DNA of 47,172 nucleotides from Phycisphaerales bacterium. Its GTDB lineage: Bacteria > Planctomycetota > Phycisphaerae > WQYP01. The stretch lies in NCBI GenBank assembly GCA_027366125.1, contig DAHXKZ010000216.1, forward strand, positions 1 to 47,172, given 5' to 3'. The translations under genes were made by a program, and so were the position numbers. The notes under the pieces were generated by a model. The model was given only the letters and a program-made list of their open reading frames with translations, searched no databases and was not told the DNA's origin. How positions within the stretch are numbered: the first letter of the stretch is position 1; each line of letters starts with the position of its first letter. Below are positions 1 to 10,136 of the stretch, in pieces.

Positions 1-354
1 TTTTTGTGGGGGGGGGTGGCCATAATAACATCTCCATGACATCGGGCCGAGCATCATGCCCGGCCATAAAAAGGTAACAACAAAGGGCGGACATTTCCCT
101 TCGCATCTTGTTCAAACAAGATAAGAAACCAACGAAAAAACCCGTTTCTTCCCGGCCAATGGATATGTTTAGCGGCTGGCGACGTGTGCGTCAAGGGCCT
201 TGCGGGGCAAAATTGTAAATTTCACTTTATCTTGACGTGGCCCCAATGGCGATTCGTCATTGCGAACGATGGTGCGATCGTTACGCCGTGGCCACAGCCC
301 GAAGAATTAGTTGTGAACGGCTGCGAAGACTGCCGCGCGATGGCCTGTGCGGCG

Positions 355-1464
355 CTATGTCGGGTTCTGGATTTTTCGGCCGCGCGTACGCGTGGCAATC
401 TGGCACGCCAGCGCGATGGCCGCCTTCATGCTGCCCGGGTCGGCCTTGTTTTTTCCAACAATGTCAAACGCGGTACCGTGGTCAACGCTGGTGCGGATAA
501 TTGGCAGGCCCAGCGTGATGTTCACGCTGTTATGAAAATCGAGTAGCTTGACAGGAATTAGCCCCTGGTCATGGTACATCGCCACTACAAGGTCAAACCC
601 GCCCTGTGCGGCCTTCAGAAAAATGGTATCCGCGCTAAAGGGCCCGTGAACATCAATGCCCTGCTGCCTGGCCATCATGATGGCCGGTTCAATGATGCGC
701 TTTTCTTCGTCGCCAAATTGGCCGTTCTCGCCGGCGTGTGGGTTTAAGCCGCACACGGCGATACGAGGCCGCTGGATGCCCAGCCAGTCGCGCAGCGTTT
801 CGTGTCCCAGATCGATTGGGTCGAAAACCGTGCCGATTTTGAACATGTTCCGCAGGTCGAAAAGGGCTTCGTGAATGGTACAGAGCACCACACGCAGGCC
901 ACAGTGTTGGGCAATTAATGCCTGCGGTCGGGATGGCTCGGCGGCGGAATTGTTCAGCGACGCCGCGGGCAGCCGGGCCGGGGGCGCCACAAACATCATC
1001 GCATGACGGCGCGCCTTGGTTTTTTCCGCTAAAAATTCGGTATGACCGGCCCAGCGCGTGTGGCCGGCCATCTGCCAGCTTTCCTTGCAAATGGGGGCGG
1101 TGACCATGGCGTCGATTTTCTTGTTTTGCGCCGCCTTTAAAGCCTCCTGCACAAAGCGCATGGAAGCCACGCCCCCCGGTTTGCTGGCCGCCCGCACGTC
1201 CAAACCCAGCATTGAAAATTCATCGAAATCCAACGCCACCACATCATGGTCATAAGCGCGCAGCCGCTCCGGTTGATCGCGCCACCAATAGGGTTCAATT
1301 TCCGCCAAATCGGCGGCATAGGCCAGCAATTCATTGAGGCCAAAAATAATAAAATGCCCCAGGCCACGAATCGCCGGATCCGCCAGCGCCTTGACAATCA
1401 CTTCCGCGCCGACGCCCGCCGGGTCGCCCATCGTAATGCCGATTGTGGGGCGATAAGCGCTCAT
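355..1464 (-). CDS. pdxA: 4-hydroxythreonine-4-phosphate dehydrogenase (PdxA family)
   Basis: 369-aa ORF. N-terminal ITMGDPAGVGAEV, HTEFLA and a C-terminal TSVDHGTAFDIVGK motif are typical of PdxA. The start overlaps the ribE stop by 4 nt (ATGA). Confidence 0.88.
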   Translation of the reverse strand: MSAYRPTIGITMGDPAGVGAEVIVKALADPAIRGLGHFIIFGLNELLAYAADLAEIEPYWWRDQPERLRAYDHDVVALDFDEFSMLGLDVRAASKPGGVASMRFVQEALKAAQNKKIDAMVTAPICKESWQMAGHTRWAGHTEFLAEKTKARRHAMMFVAPPARLPAASLNNSAAEPSRPQALIAQHCGLRVVLCTIHEALFDLRNMFKIGTVFDPIDLGHETLRDWLGIQRPRIAVCGLNPHAGENGQFGDEEKRIIEPAIMMARQQGIDVHGPFSADTIFLKAAQGGFDLVVAMYHDQGLIPVKLLDFHNSVNITLGLPIIRTSVDHGTAFDIVGKNKADPGSMKAAIALACQIATRTRGRKIQNPT

Positions 1465-2123
1465 AGGGCCGCCATTTGTTGCCGGGAAGTGGCGTCAGGG
1501 GCGACGCTCCCACGTTCCGCGTGGTGTTCCTTCTGGATGCTTAACGCATGCACCACCGACCGGGCCAAAATATCGGTTTCCAAGTTCACCTTGTCCTGAA
1601 CCTGCAGGCCCCCAAGAGTGGTCTTCTCCAGCGTTGTGGGAATGACGGCCACCGTAAACGTATCCGCGGCCACGGCCGCCACGGTCATGCTTACGCCATC
1701 CAGGGCTACGCTGCCCTTGGGAACCACCGCCGCACGGCAGGCGGCGGGCAATGAGAACGTGATGCGCCAGTCGTCAGGCTGTTCCTGGATGGCCACAACA
1801 CTGGCAACGGCTTCAATATGCCCCTGCACAAAATGGCCGCCGACGTAATCCACCGGGCGCAGTGACAGCTCAAGATTCACGCGGTCGCCGGAAACTTTGC
1901 CGCCCAGCGTGGTGCGGCGCAGCGTCTCAGCAACGGCGTCAAACCGCACATTACCATTGGCCGTTTGGGCCACGGTGAGGCAGACGCCGCTGACGGAAAT
2001 ACTGTCGCCGGGAGAAACCGCACGGTGCGCCAGCTCTGCCAGGGAACAGGTCAGCCGACGGCCGGAGGGGGTCTCGGTGGCCAGCAGAAGAATGCCCAGC
2101 CCTTGTGTGATGCCCGTAAACAT
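1461..2123 (-). CDS. ribE: riboflavin synthase alpha chain
   Basis: The canonical MFTGI start lies at an internal Met (2123) of the 237-aa ORF. There are two lumazine-binding repeats (GDSISVSGVCLTV and GSVALDGVSMTV). The 17 codons upstream in the ORF track are probably not translated. Confidence 0.88.
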   Translation of the reverse strand: MFTGITQGLGILLLATETPSGRRLTCSLAELAHRAVSPGDSISVSGVCLTVAQTANGNVRFDAVAETLRRTTLGGKVSGDRVNLELSLRPVDYVGGHFVQGHIEAVASVVAIQEQPDDWRITFSLPAACRAAVVPKGSVALDGVSMTVAAVAADTFTVAVIPTTLEKTTLGGLQVQDKVNLETDILARSVVHALSIQKEHHAERGSVAPDATSRQQMAAL

Positions 2124-2240
2124 GCGGACATTGTAGGACATTTGGGGCGGCGCGTCTAAAGCGGCGCAGACCATCGCATCGTTTTCAGGCTCGCGGCTAA
2201 GAAATCAACCATCAGGCGTCCGCAGGTTGCCGCCGGTTTA

Positions 2241-3632
2241 TTAATTTCCCATATTCCCGCGGGCGATGACCGCTTCCATGTACGCGTGCCACACATCGCC
2301 GAGCTGCCGGTATGTCAGATGGTATTCCTTGCGCAGGGCGTGATGAAAGGTCAGTCCGGCTTTTTGGTCGCGCAGCACCCGCAGGAACGCCTTATGGTTG
2401 CGCACCAGCAGCACGCCGACCACCGATTCCGCCGCGCCCGCGGTGTTGCCATTGTACGTGCCGCGGAACAGCCCCCGAATAGGCGGTCCGTTCAACATAT
2501 TTTGGCAGGCAAAATAGTTATCCCATGTCCCGCCGGTGAACCGATCGGCAATGAGCGTAGCCAGGCCGGTGGCCAACCAGCCTTTCAGCGGCCTTTTGGA
2601 ACGGTAGCGCATCAGGAATTCGCGGGAGATTTGCGTGGCGCAGATAAACAGCCACTGCGCGCGGGGATTGTTTAAGTACACGGAATTAGGGTGGCTGTTC
2701 ATAATGAAATTAAAATGCGGCCCCGAACCCACGGTGCCCTGCGAATACAAATCATCCGTGAACGTACAATTGTACTTATTTTGCGCCAAAGTGCGCAGCT
2801 TCCACATCTCGCCGGTGGAAAGCATGAGAAACACTGGCAGCCTTCCGGCGAAAACCGGGGCATGGCGCGGCACATGCAGGCTGCGCGCCACGGCCCGGTA
2901 GACGTTTTCCAGGCTGCGCCCGGCGCCTGCGCGGTCATTGGCACGCCAGTCAGTGAAGATGTCAAAATGCTTGGTCTTAACTTCGCGGAGACCGTAGCGG
3001 GTGGGGCGGCTATTGAGTGTTTTTGCAATTGCCAACGCATCCTTGTGCTCGGTTTCGGCGGCGCCGGAACGCGCGGGGCGGTAGAGCTTTCCCCTGATGC
3101 CGCCGCCGCCCAGTGACCGACCGCGGTGGGATCTTGAACCACGATGCCCGCTGCGGGAGTGCCTATGGCGCCTGCCGCGGTCGGAGCCGGCGCCCGACGT
3201 ACTGCCGCCGTTGTTCCCGCGGCCCGGCGCCGTTTGCAATATCGCATTGACCTTGTGCCGCAATGCGGGGCTCATGGCCGCCGCGCGATTCAGGGCATTC
3301 CGCGCCAGGCGTTTCAATCCCAGCTTCCATCCATACTCGCCAAGACCCAGCCAGGCGCTCGCCTTTTTTTGATCAATAAGTCGGGCGCGCAGGGTAAACG
3401 CGCTGCTGACGGTGATCTGGCTCCAGCGCAGGTGTTTCCGTTTTTTGTTCGCCAGCACAATGACCAGGCGCCGCCGGTTGTAGCGCACCAGATGTCCGGC
3501 CACGGAACTGCCGGAGTGGCGCAGATATACAATCGTGAAAAGAGGCTTGGTTAAAGTTTTGGCGCCCGCCGCCGCAGGCACGACCAAGGCGGCGGCACAA
3601 CAGGTCGCCAGAAGCAAACGTCTATTTTCCAT
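2241..3632 (-). CDS. secreted hypothetical protein with an Arg/His/Ser/Gly low-complexity linker
   Basis: 463-aa ORF with a signal-peptide-like N-terminus (MENRRLLLATCCAAALVVPAAAGA). I recognise no catalytic motif. Confidence 0.6.
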   Translation of the reverse strand: MENRRLLLATCCAAALVVPAAAGAKTLTKPLFTIVYLRHSGSSVAGHLVRYNRRRLVIVLANKKRKHLRWSQITVSSAFTLRARLIDQKKASAWLGLGEYGWKLGLKRLARNALNRAAAMSPALRHKVNAILQTAPGRGNNGGSTSGAGSDRGRRHRHSRSGHRGSRSHRGRSLGGGGIRGKLYRPARSGAAETEHKDALAIAKTLNSRPTRYGLREVKTKHFDIFTDWRANDRAGAGRSLENVYRAVARSLHVPRHAPVFAGRLPVFLMLSTGEMWKLRTLAQNKYNCTFTDDLYSQGTVGSGPHFNFIMNSHPNSVYLNNPRAQWLFICATQISREFLMRYRSKRPLKGWLATGLATLIADRFTGGTWDNYFACQNMLNGPPIRGLFRGTYNGNTAGAAESVVGVLLVRNHKAFLRVLRDQKAGLTFHHALRKEYHLTYRQLGDVWHAYMEAVIARGNMGN

Positions 3633-3963
3633 AGTTCCATCCTTTTAACTGCTGATCGGCAACGCCGTGACTCTGCGGATCCGCAAAATACCGACGCTTC
3701 AATAGCCTTACCGTCCACATTGCTTGCGCTGGCGGCGCGCTGAAGGGGGTACGCCGGGGCCGCCGCGCCAGTCTGCGCCGGATCCTCGTGGAATTCCGAG
3801 GCATTGCTTCCTTCTTTTGGCGCCCGCGCGATCAATGATGCACTACATGTTGCCCGATATTTGCACTTTATCGGCATGGCCACGTCAATTCAACTAAGTT
3901 TGATGCCGTAGACGCGAAAAGGTTTCCCGCCCGTCCATTGATAGAGACAACGGCCACCCCGGG

Positions 3964-5721
3964 CTACCGCTGTTTTCTTATGACAAGGCGTATTCCTCGT
4001 GGGCCTTTGCCGTGCAGACCTTTCACATTTGGCCCAACAGACAACCTCTTCCCATGCGGGTGATTTGCCATCACTGTCAGGGAGTTTCCGCGCAGAATCA
4101 CATTCCGGCAGTTGGCAATGCTAATGGCCGGCGGACGGGGCGTTATGCCGCCGGGCCATGTGCGCGGCGGCTGCATGGCGTTGCGCGAAATTTTTAAGCC
4201 GCGCGCCCATTGCGCCTGGATGTCGCCCTGATAGTTGGACACGAACCGATTATTGGCAACGACAATATTGCGATTTCCGATGGCGCCGTGGCCATGAATA
4301 AATATCGCTGGCCCGCCATACCCCGCCGCGCCATTGCCCACGAATTTGTTGCCAATAACCCTCACATGCCACACGTAATCGGCCTCGTTCCAATAGTATT
4401 CGGGGCCAAGGCTCACGGCGGGCATGCCGCAGCCGGTGATCAGGTTATCTTCCACCAGGCCGTTGTCCGCCTTGAGCAGCACGCCACGGGAACGCGTGCC
4501 CCCGATTTTGCAGCCGATGATTTTGTATCCCGGGCCGTTGATCATGGGATTGCTGACCTTGGCGCCGGCGGGAACATGCAGGTTTTTTGTCAGCGTCACG
4601 ATCCAGCGTTTGCCCACATGGCGCATGGCCGCGACCGTTCCCTGGGCGAAGAAGCCATTTTCATTGGAGATGCGCGCCGGCTGGCCAACCTTCAGACCGC
4701 CGTTGCCGCCCGCGAGCGTAAAGGTGCGGCCCTTCGACTTTTTAATCAACGCAAAATACCCATGAATGGCAATGCAGTCATCAAGAAATACGCCGCGGAA
4801 AATACAGCGTTCAATGTCCGGGCCCGGGTTGGCGCCGGTGGAGTGAAAGCCATCGGCCTCATTGGTGACCAGCGGCGATTCAGTGGCGCCCTTCGGTTTT
4901 GGCCCGAGCGTCCAGATGCAATGAATAATGTGGTTGCCGCCGCCATGTCCCTCCTCGCGGATCGGCGCGAAGCCGTTGCGCAGCAGGGTGATGTCTTGAA
5001 GCGTGCAGTCGCGGCAACTGTTTAGATGCACCTTGAACGCGGGGTTGCCGTACCGGCCCACGAAAAAATCGCCCACGCGGAAATGCAGTTTCTTCTGCGG
5101 CGGGAAAAACAGGCGAAAAACGCCGTGACCCAGCGGCTTCATGGACAGACCGTAAAAGTCGCCGTCACCGACTTTCAGCATGCGCGTCCGGGCGCTCACG
5201 ACGTTCATATCACCGCCGGGGAATTTCGTGGAATTGGCCGGCGGTACGGGGTAGCCCTTGTCGGGGCGCCAATCAGCATATCGCTTGCCTGAGCGTGTTG
5301 TGCCCATGGACACCACCGGGCCCTGATACGCGGTGACTACGGACTGGGAAAGCGTCGGCCCGGCGAGCGTGACATTTCGGCAGTGATTCATATTAAACAT
5401 GATTTGGTTTTGGCCCGCGCCTGTGGCGTGCATGATCAGCGTCACGCCGTAGGCCCTGATGGCGGCGTTTTTCCAGCCGTTCAGACGGAAAATGTTATGA
5501 TTAATGGCAGGCAGCGCATAGATGCCCGGGCGGATGACAATGCGGCGGGCGCCTGCGGCGTAGGCGTGCCGCAGCGCCTGGGGCAGGGCGCCAGGGCTCA
5601 GCGGGTTGCCAATGGTAGCGGCGGGAATTGCAGGCGGCGTGGCTGTTTTTGCCGCCGCCGATGCCGGAACGCCAATGAGCGATGGCAGGACGGCAGCTGC
5701 TACGAGGCATTGCAGTTTCAT
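3964..5721 (-). CDS. secreted right-handed parallel beta-helix repeat protein (pectate-lyase-like fold)
   Basis: 585-aa ORF with a signal peptide (MKLQCLVAAAVLPSLIGVPASAAA). Repeated PbH1-like turns are present (VIGNKFVGNG, IGNRNIVVANNRFVSN, LKISRNAM). Confidence 0.7.
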   Translation of the reverse strand: MKLQCLVAAAVLPSLIGVPASAAAKTATPPAIPAATIGNPLSPGALPQALRHAYAAGARRIVIRPGIYALPAINHNIFRLNGWKNAAIRAYGVTLIMHATGAGQNQIMFNMNHCRNVTLAGPTLSQSVVTAYQGPVVSMGTTRSGKRYADWRPDKGYPVPPANSTKFPGGDMNVVSARTRMLKVGDGDFYGLSMKPLGHGVFRLFFPPQKKLHFRVGDFFVGRYGNPAFKVHLNSCRDCTLQDITLLRNGFAPIREEGHGGGNHIIHCIWTLGPKPKGATESPLVTNEADGFHSTGANPGPDIERCIFRGVFLDDCIAIHGYFALIKKSKGRTFTLAGGNGGLKVGQPARISNENGFFAQGTVAAMRHVGKRWIVTLTKNLHVPAGAKVSNPMINGPGYKIIGCKIGGTRSRGVLLKADNGLVEDNLITGCGMPAVSLGPEYYWNEADYVWHVRVIGNKFVGNGAAGYGGPAIFIHGHGAIGNRNIVVANNRFVSNYQGDIQAQWARGLKISRNAMQPPRTWPGGITPRPPAISIANCRNVILRGNSLTVMANHPHGKRLSVGPNVKGLHGKGPRGIRLVIRKQR

Positions 5722-5762
5722 AGTAATTCCGTGGGGCCGCGCCGGCCCATAAATTCGGCCGC

Positions 5763-8729
5763 TTACGGTTTCTCCATGCTCAACGATGGCGGCTCGTCCG
5801 CAGCGGTCACAGCCCAGCGCTTATTGGGCTTTTTGCCAAGCGTGTATTTCAGCGTACCGCCGTCGGTGAGCAACTTTGTCGGCACGTAACAGCGCGGCCA
5901 GGTCTTGCCATTGACGGTGAGCTTTTGAATGTATGGCTTGAACTGCGTGCCGCGGGAAGATTTAATCACAAACTGCCGACCCTTGTAGGGGGCCTGTAAA
6001 TGCACCGTAATGCTGCGGAAGCTGGGGCTGGAAAGCTCCAAAACCGGCTTGCCCGGATCTTCTGCGTAAAGCCCCATCATGCCCATCACGGCCCACGATG
6101 ACATTTCTCCGCAATCATCGTTGCCCGGCACGCCATCAGGCGACAGCGTGTAGTTCTCGCGAAGCACCTTCCGCACCACCGCCTGGGTCTTCCACGGCTC
6201 GCCGGAAAAATCAAACTCAAACGGGGCTTCCAGGTCAACTTCATTATAAGGGTTGTAATAGTTGTCAAACCAACCCGGGGTTTTATAGCTGAAAAAGCGC
6301 GTCAATCGTCGGTTGAACCGGGCTTTGCCCATGGCATGCACCAGCCACGCCATGTCCTGCGGGGCCAGCCACTGGTAATGCCAGCCATTGCCTTCAATAA
6401 ATCCGTGCCCCTGCGTGGGCTTGAAGGGCGTTCGCCATTGCCCATTGCTCAACCGGGGCCGGAAGTAACCGTCCTTATGGTCAAACACGTTGCGGTAGTA
6501 CAGCGCGCGTTTATAAAACAATTTCTCCGCCGCCGGTTTGTGCAGCCGCTTCGCCAGATGATACAGCGCGGAGTAGGCGACGCAGTCTTCCTGAATCTGC
6601 GAAACCGAGCCATATCCTTCATAATTGTCCGGATCGTAATGCAGTTTATTAATGGCGTTGATATTGCTTTCGCCCTGGTATGGATGGCCCGGCGGGGGGG
6701 CCTGCGTGGCGTCTTTGACCATGCCGCGCCACGCGGTCTTCATGTCAAACCCGTGCAGACCATCATCCCATGCGTTGCACATGACGGTGGTCAGCGGACT
6801 GCCGCACATCACGTTGGTGTAAAGATTGATCTGCGGCCAGCGGTCGATCCAGCCCCCTTGTTTGTACATCAGCGTGATCGATTGACACATGTCCTGCACG
6901 CGCCTGGGCTTAATAATGGCCAGCAGCGGCATTTCGCTGCGGTAAATGTCCCAGCCGGAGTAATTGGCGTAAATCATGTGGCCGGGGGCGGCATGGTGTA
7001 TTTTTTTATCAAAGCCCAGGTATCGTCCGTCGGCGTCGCTGAAAATGCTTGGCATTAGCAGGGAATGGTACAACGCCGTGTAGAACACCATTCTTTCGCC
7101 GGCCGTTCCGCCGCGCACCGTGATGGCCTTCAGCGACTTGTTCCAGGCCGCCGTGGCGGCCCTGCGAACGGCGGTGAAACGCCGCCTGGCCGCCTCTTTC
7201 CTTAAATTGTTTTTGGCGCCATTAAGGCTGACATAAGAAATACCGACCTTCACGGTGATCACGCGCTGATGGTTTGATTTCGGCCACGAAACGTAGCCGC
7301 CGATCCACTGATTGTGATGGATCTGCGTGGCGGTGCGTTTGCGTGCGTGCAGCGTTCCCCGACCATTCATGCCCACACCGGTGCCCTTCCATGTGCCAAA
7401 GGTTTTAAACGGCCGGCTGAATTTCATCACAAAATGGACGGTATACGGCTGGGGATTTCCGCAAAATGCGTGGTCAATGACATAACCGTCAACTTCGCGT
7501 TTGTTCACAATATGCACATGTGCCCCGGCGGTGAAATTCAGCGTTTGGCTGATGGGAATCAGTACATTGGCCTGTTTGCCCGCGGGAAAGGTAAAACGCG
7601 CCAAGCCGCAGCGATCGGTGGAGGTCAGTTGGGCGTTGATGCCCCAGCGCAACAGTTTGACGCGGTAATAACCGGGCGAAGCGGCCTCCTGCGCGTGCGA
7701 GTAGGGGCTCTGGAAATTGGCCATGCGGGTATGCACTTTTCCCGTGGTCGCGGTGAAGAATACGTCGCCTTCATTATTGCACCCGGGCCCGCTCATGTGC
7801 GTCATGCTGAAGCCCAGAATGTCATGTTGGTAATAATGATAACCATAGCCCGAGGTTTCAGTGTCCGGGCTTAATTGCACCATGCCAAAGGGCCGGGACG
7901 GGCCCGGAAATAAATTAATACCACCGCCGGGTCCGTTTCCGGTTCCTACAAAGGGGTCCACATATTCCGACAGACTGCTGGGGTTAAACGCCTTTGCGTG
8001 GGCCGCGGAAAACGTGAAATCGCTGATGGTCTGCCGAGCGGAGCCATCACCCGTGGCGCCGGTAAAGCCAACATACGCTTTGGTGGCGCCAATGGCGTTC
8101 ACCAAATCAATGGGCTGGGCACTGGTTACTGATTGGTGCGTGGTTAAGTCCGTGGCTTTTACGTGCAGCCATAATCCATTGTAGGAAATGACGAACCGAA
8201 TTTTGTGGCCGCTGCGCAAGTTCACCGGCGCAGTGCCGCCGTATCCGCCGGTGGCGCCGCTGGTATTCACGGCAATGCCCACGCCGTTGCCCCGATAAAT
8301 ATTCACTTCAAAGGCGCCGCTGCGGGTAATGCCATTGGGCTGGCCATAACCCAGGCTGCCGCCGTCGAATGTTTGGCCGGGTTGGGCGCTACCCAGAGCC
8401 TTTACGCCGCGCGGATCATTTTGCAGCACCATGGCCACGCCGTCTGCAGCCCCGCCTGTGGTTTTGGCCTGGTACGTGAACGTGGCGTTGAAGGCGCTGA
8501 TCTTTTGGCGCTTCGGGAAAAATGCGCTGGCCGCCTCCATCTGCCCGCCGGTGGTCAGCGTGAGCAGCTTTTTATGATCGGAAAATCCCGCATGTTTATC
8601 GTTGGCAGTATTGACCGGCGCGAATCCGCCGAACCCATGAATTGCTCCACGGGCGGCGGTGCGCATGGCCAGGGTTGCACAGAGGGCCGTCAGGGCGGCG
8701 CCCACAAGCCAATTTTTTGAGTGGTTCAT
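5763..8729 (-). CDS. GH92-family alpha-mannosidase with an N-terminal L-type-lectin-like domain
   Basis: 988-aa ORF with a signal peptide. The N-terminal ~230 aa have lectin-like motifs (ADGVAMVLQND, YVGFTGATG). The GH92 hallmark follows (YVDPFVGTGNGPGGGINLFPGPSRPFGMVQLSPDT), then a long GH92-like body. Confidence 0.88.
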   Translation of the reverse strand: MNHSKNWLVGAALTALCATLAMRTAARGAIHGFGGFAPVNTANDKHAGFSDHKKLLTLTTGGQMEAASAFFPKRQKISAFNATFTYQAKTTGGAADGVAMVLQNDPRGVKALGSAQPGQTFDGGSLGYGQPNGITRSGAFEVNIYRGNGVGIAVNTSGATGGYGGTAPVNLRSGHKIRFVISYNGLWLHVKATDLTTHQSVTSAQPIDLVNAIGATKAYVGFTGATGDGSARQTISDFTFSAAHAKAFNPSSLSEYVDPFVGTGNGPGGGINLFPGPSRPFGMVQLSPDTETSGYGYHYYQHDILGFSMTHMSGPGCNNEGDVFFTATTGKVHTRMANFQSPYSHAQEAASPGYYRVKLLRWGINAQLTSTDRCGLARFTFPAGKQANVLIPISQTLNFTAGAHVHIVNKREVDGYVIDHAFCGNPQPYTVHFVMKFSRPFKTFGTWKGTGVGMNGRGTLHARKRTATQIHHNQWIGGYVSWPKSNHQRVITVKVGISYVSLNGAKNNLRKEAARRRFTAVRRAATAAWNKSLKAITVRGGTAGERMVFYTALYHSLLMPSIFSDADGRYLGFDKKIHHAAPGHMIYANYSGWDIYRSEMPLLAIIKPRRVQDMCQSITLMYKQGGWIDRWPQINLYTNVMCGSPLTTVMCNAWDDGLHGFDMKTAWRGMVKDATQAPPPGHPYQGESNINAINKLHYDPDNYEGYGSVSQIQEDCVAYSALYHLAKRLHKPAAEKLFYKRALYYRNVFDHKDGYFRPRLSNGQWRTPFKPTQGHGFIEGNGWHYQWLAPQDMAWLVHAMGKARFNRRLTRFFSYKTPGWFDNYYNPYNEVDLEAPFEFDFSGEPWKTQAVVRKVLRENYTLSPDGVPGNDDCGEMSSWAVMGMMGLYAEDPGKPVLELSSPSFRSITVHLQAPYKGRQFVIKSSRGTQFKPYIQKLTVNGKTWPRCYVPTKLLTDGGTLKYTLGKKPNKRWAVTAADEPPSLSMEKP

Positions 8730-8822
8730 GCGTTTCCTTTTTATTGTATGGCCTTTTTTTCGCCGCAGATAACGTTCCGGGTGACAATCTTTGGCTGATA
8801 CGAAGATCGCGGGCGTTAATCT

Positions 8823-9848
8823 TTACGCCGCCTTGGTTTTATTATAAAACGCCGGCATTGGGCTGCCTGATTTCTTCCAGTGGGCAATGATCTGCTCGCT
8901 CTTGCCGGCGCTGTTGAGCATGTGCAATTTGCGTTGCACCATGCTGATGATGGCCTCGCGGGCTGGGCCAAGGTAATTGCGCGGGTCAAATTCCGCCGGC
9001 TTGGTGGCGAACACCTCCCGAATTTTGGCCGTCATGGCCAGGCGCAGATCGGTGTCGATGTTCACCTTGCATACGCCGTACTTTGAAACAGCCATGTGTA
9101 TCTGGTCTTCCGGCACGCCCTTGGCGTTGGGCATCGCGCCGCCATACTTGTTTACCAAATCGATAAATTCCTGCGGCACGCTGCTGGAACCGTGCATCAC
9201 CAGCGGCAGGCCGGGGCACGTTTCCATGATCTGTTCAATGCGGTTGAACGCCAGTTTGGCCTCATGGCGGAACTTGTAGGCGCCGTGGCTGGTGCCAATG
9301 GCCACCGCCAGGGAATCAATGCCCGTTCGCTTCGAGAAATCAGCGGCCTGTTTGGGTTCAGTGAGGAACTGCTCCACATTTTTTTCATATTCGGCTGCGT
9401 CCAGGCCCACGACATCTTCTTCGATGCCGCCCAACATGCCCAGTTCAGCTTCCACCACCACGCCCGCCGCATGGGCCACCTTCACGGCCTCGGCCGACAG
9501 CCGAACGTTTTCATCGAATGGGTGATGGCTGCCATCAATCATCACGCTGGTATAACCATCGGCAATGCAGGTCTTAATAAGATCAACGGTGTCGCCATGA
9601 TCGCAGTGAACGGCGATTGGTATTTCCGGATGTTCCACCACGGCCGCATCAATGATGGCTTTGAGGTATCTAATATTGGCGTATTTGCGGGCGCCCTTGG
9701 AAATTTGCAAAATGCAGGGACTTTTTTCTTTGGCGCACGCATCAATAATGCTTTGCGCCAGTTCCATGTTGTTGACATTAAACGCGCCAATGGCAAAACC
9801 GCCGTTGTACGCCAGATCGAACATCGGTTTGGTGGTCATTAAGGGCAT
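8823..9848 (-). CDS. fba: class II fructose-bisphosphate aldolase
   Basis: 341-aa ORF. The motifs FAIGAFNVNNME, VHCDHG, MIDGSH and AIGTSHGAYKF are typical of class II FBA. Confidence 0.92.
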   Translation of the reverse strand: MPLMTTKPMFDLAYNGGFAIGAFNVNNMELAQSIIDACAKEKSPCILQISKGARKYANIRYLKAIIDAAVVEHPEIPIAVHCDHGDTVDLIKTCIADGYTSVMIDGSHHPFDENVRLSAEAVKVAHAAGVVVEAELGMLGGIEEDVVGLDAAEYEKNVEQFLTEPKQAADFSKRTGIDSLAVAIGTSHGAYKFRHEAKLAFNRIEQIMETCPGLPLVMHGSSSVPQEFIDLVNKYGGAMPNAKGVPEDQIHMAVSKYGVCKVNIDTDLRLAMTAKIREVFATKPAEFDPRNYLGPAREAIISMVQRKLHMLNSAGKSEQIIAHWKKSGSPMPAFYNKTKAA

Positions 9849-10136
9849 CAGGCACCTGTTTGCAAGAGAAAACTGATCAATTTACCAAGGTAGGAATTGT
9901 AGAGGAAAGGTTGGCGGCAAGCAAAACCGAACAGAATAAAGGAATACGGGCGGTCATACTGTCTCCCTCTGCTTAAGAAGGCGTGAAAATAAGACGACCT
10001 ATGCGAACCGCGATGCAGAATTTTCATGAAAACTTGGTCTTTTGACCATACTCGGTGGCCAGAATTGCGCGGCGGCATTAGTCTTTCATTATTGACGGCA
10101 TCGGTTATTGCGTTTCCGCTGTTTCGGGAGGTTTTC

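Noticed and set aside
9-17. A homopolymer G9 run at the extreme left end.
   Set aside because: It lies at the window or contig edge in noncoding sequence with no adjacent gene start in view. I cannot tell a phase-variable tract from an assembly or sequencing end artefact.
2124-2240. A possible FMN riboswitch upstream of ribE.
   Set aside because: The ~115-nt leader lacks the conserved FMN-element core sequences and is shorter than the aptamer plus expression platform.
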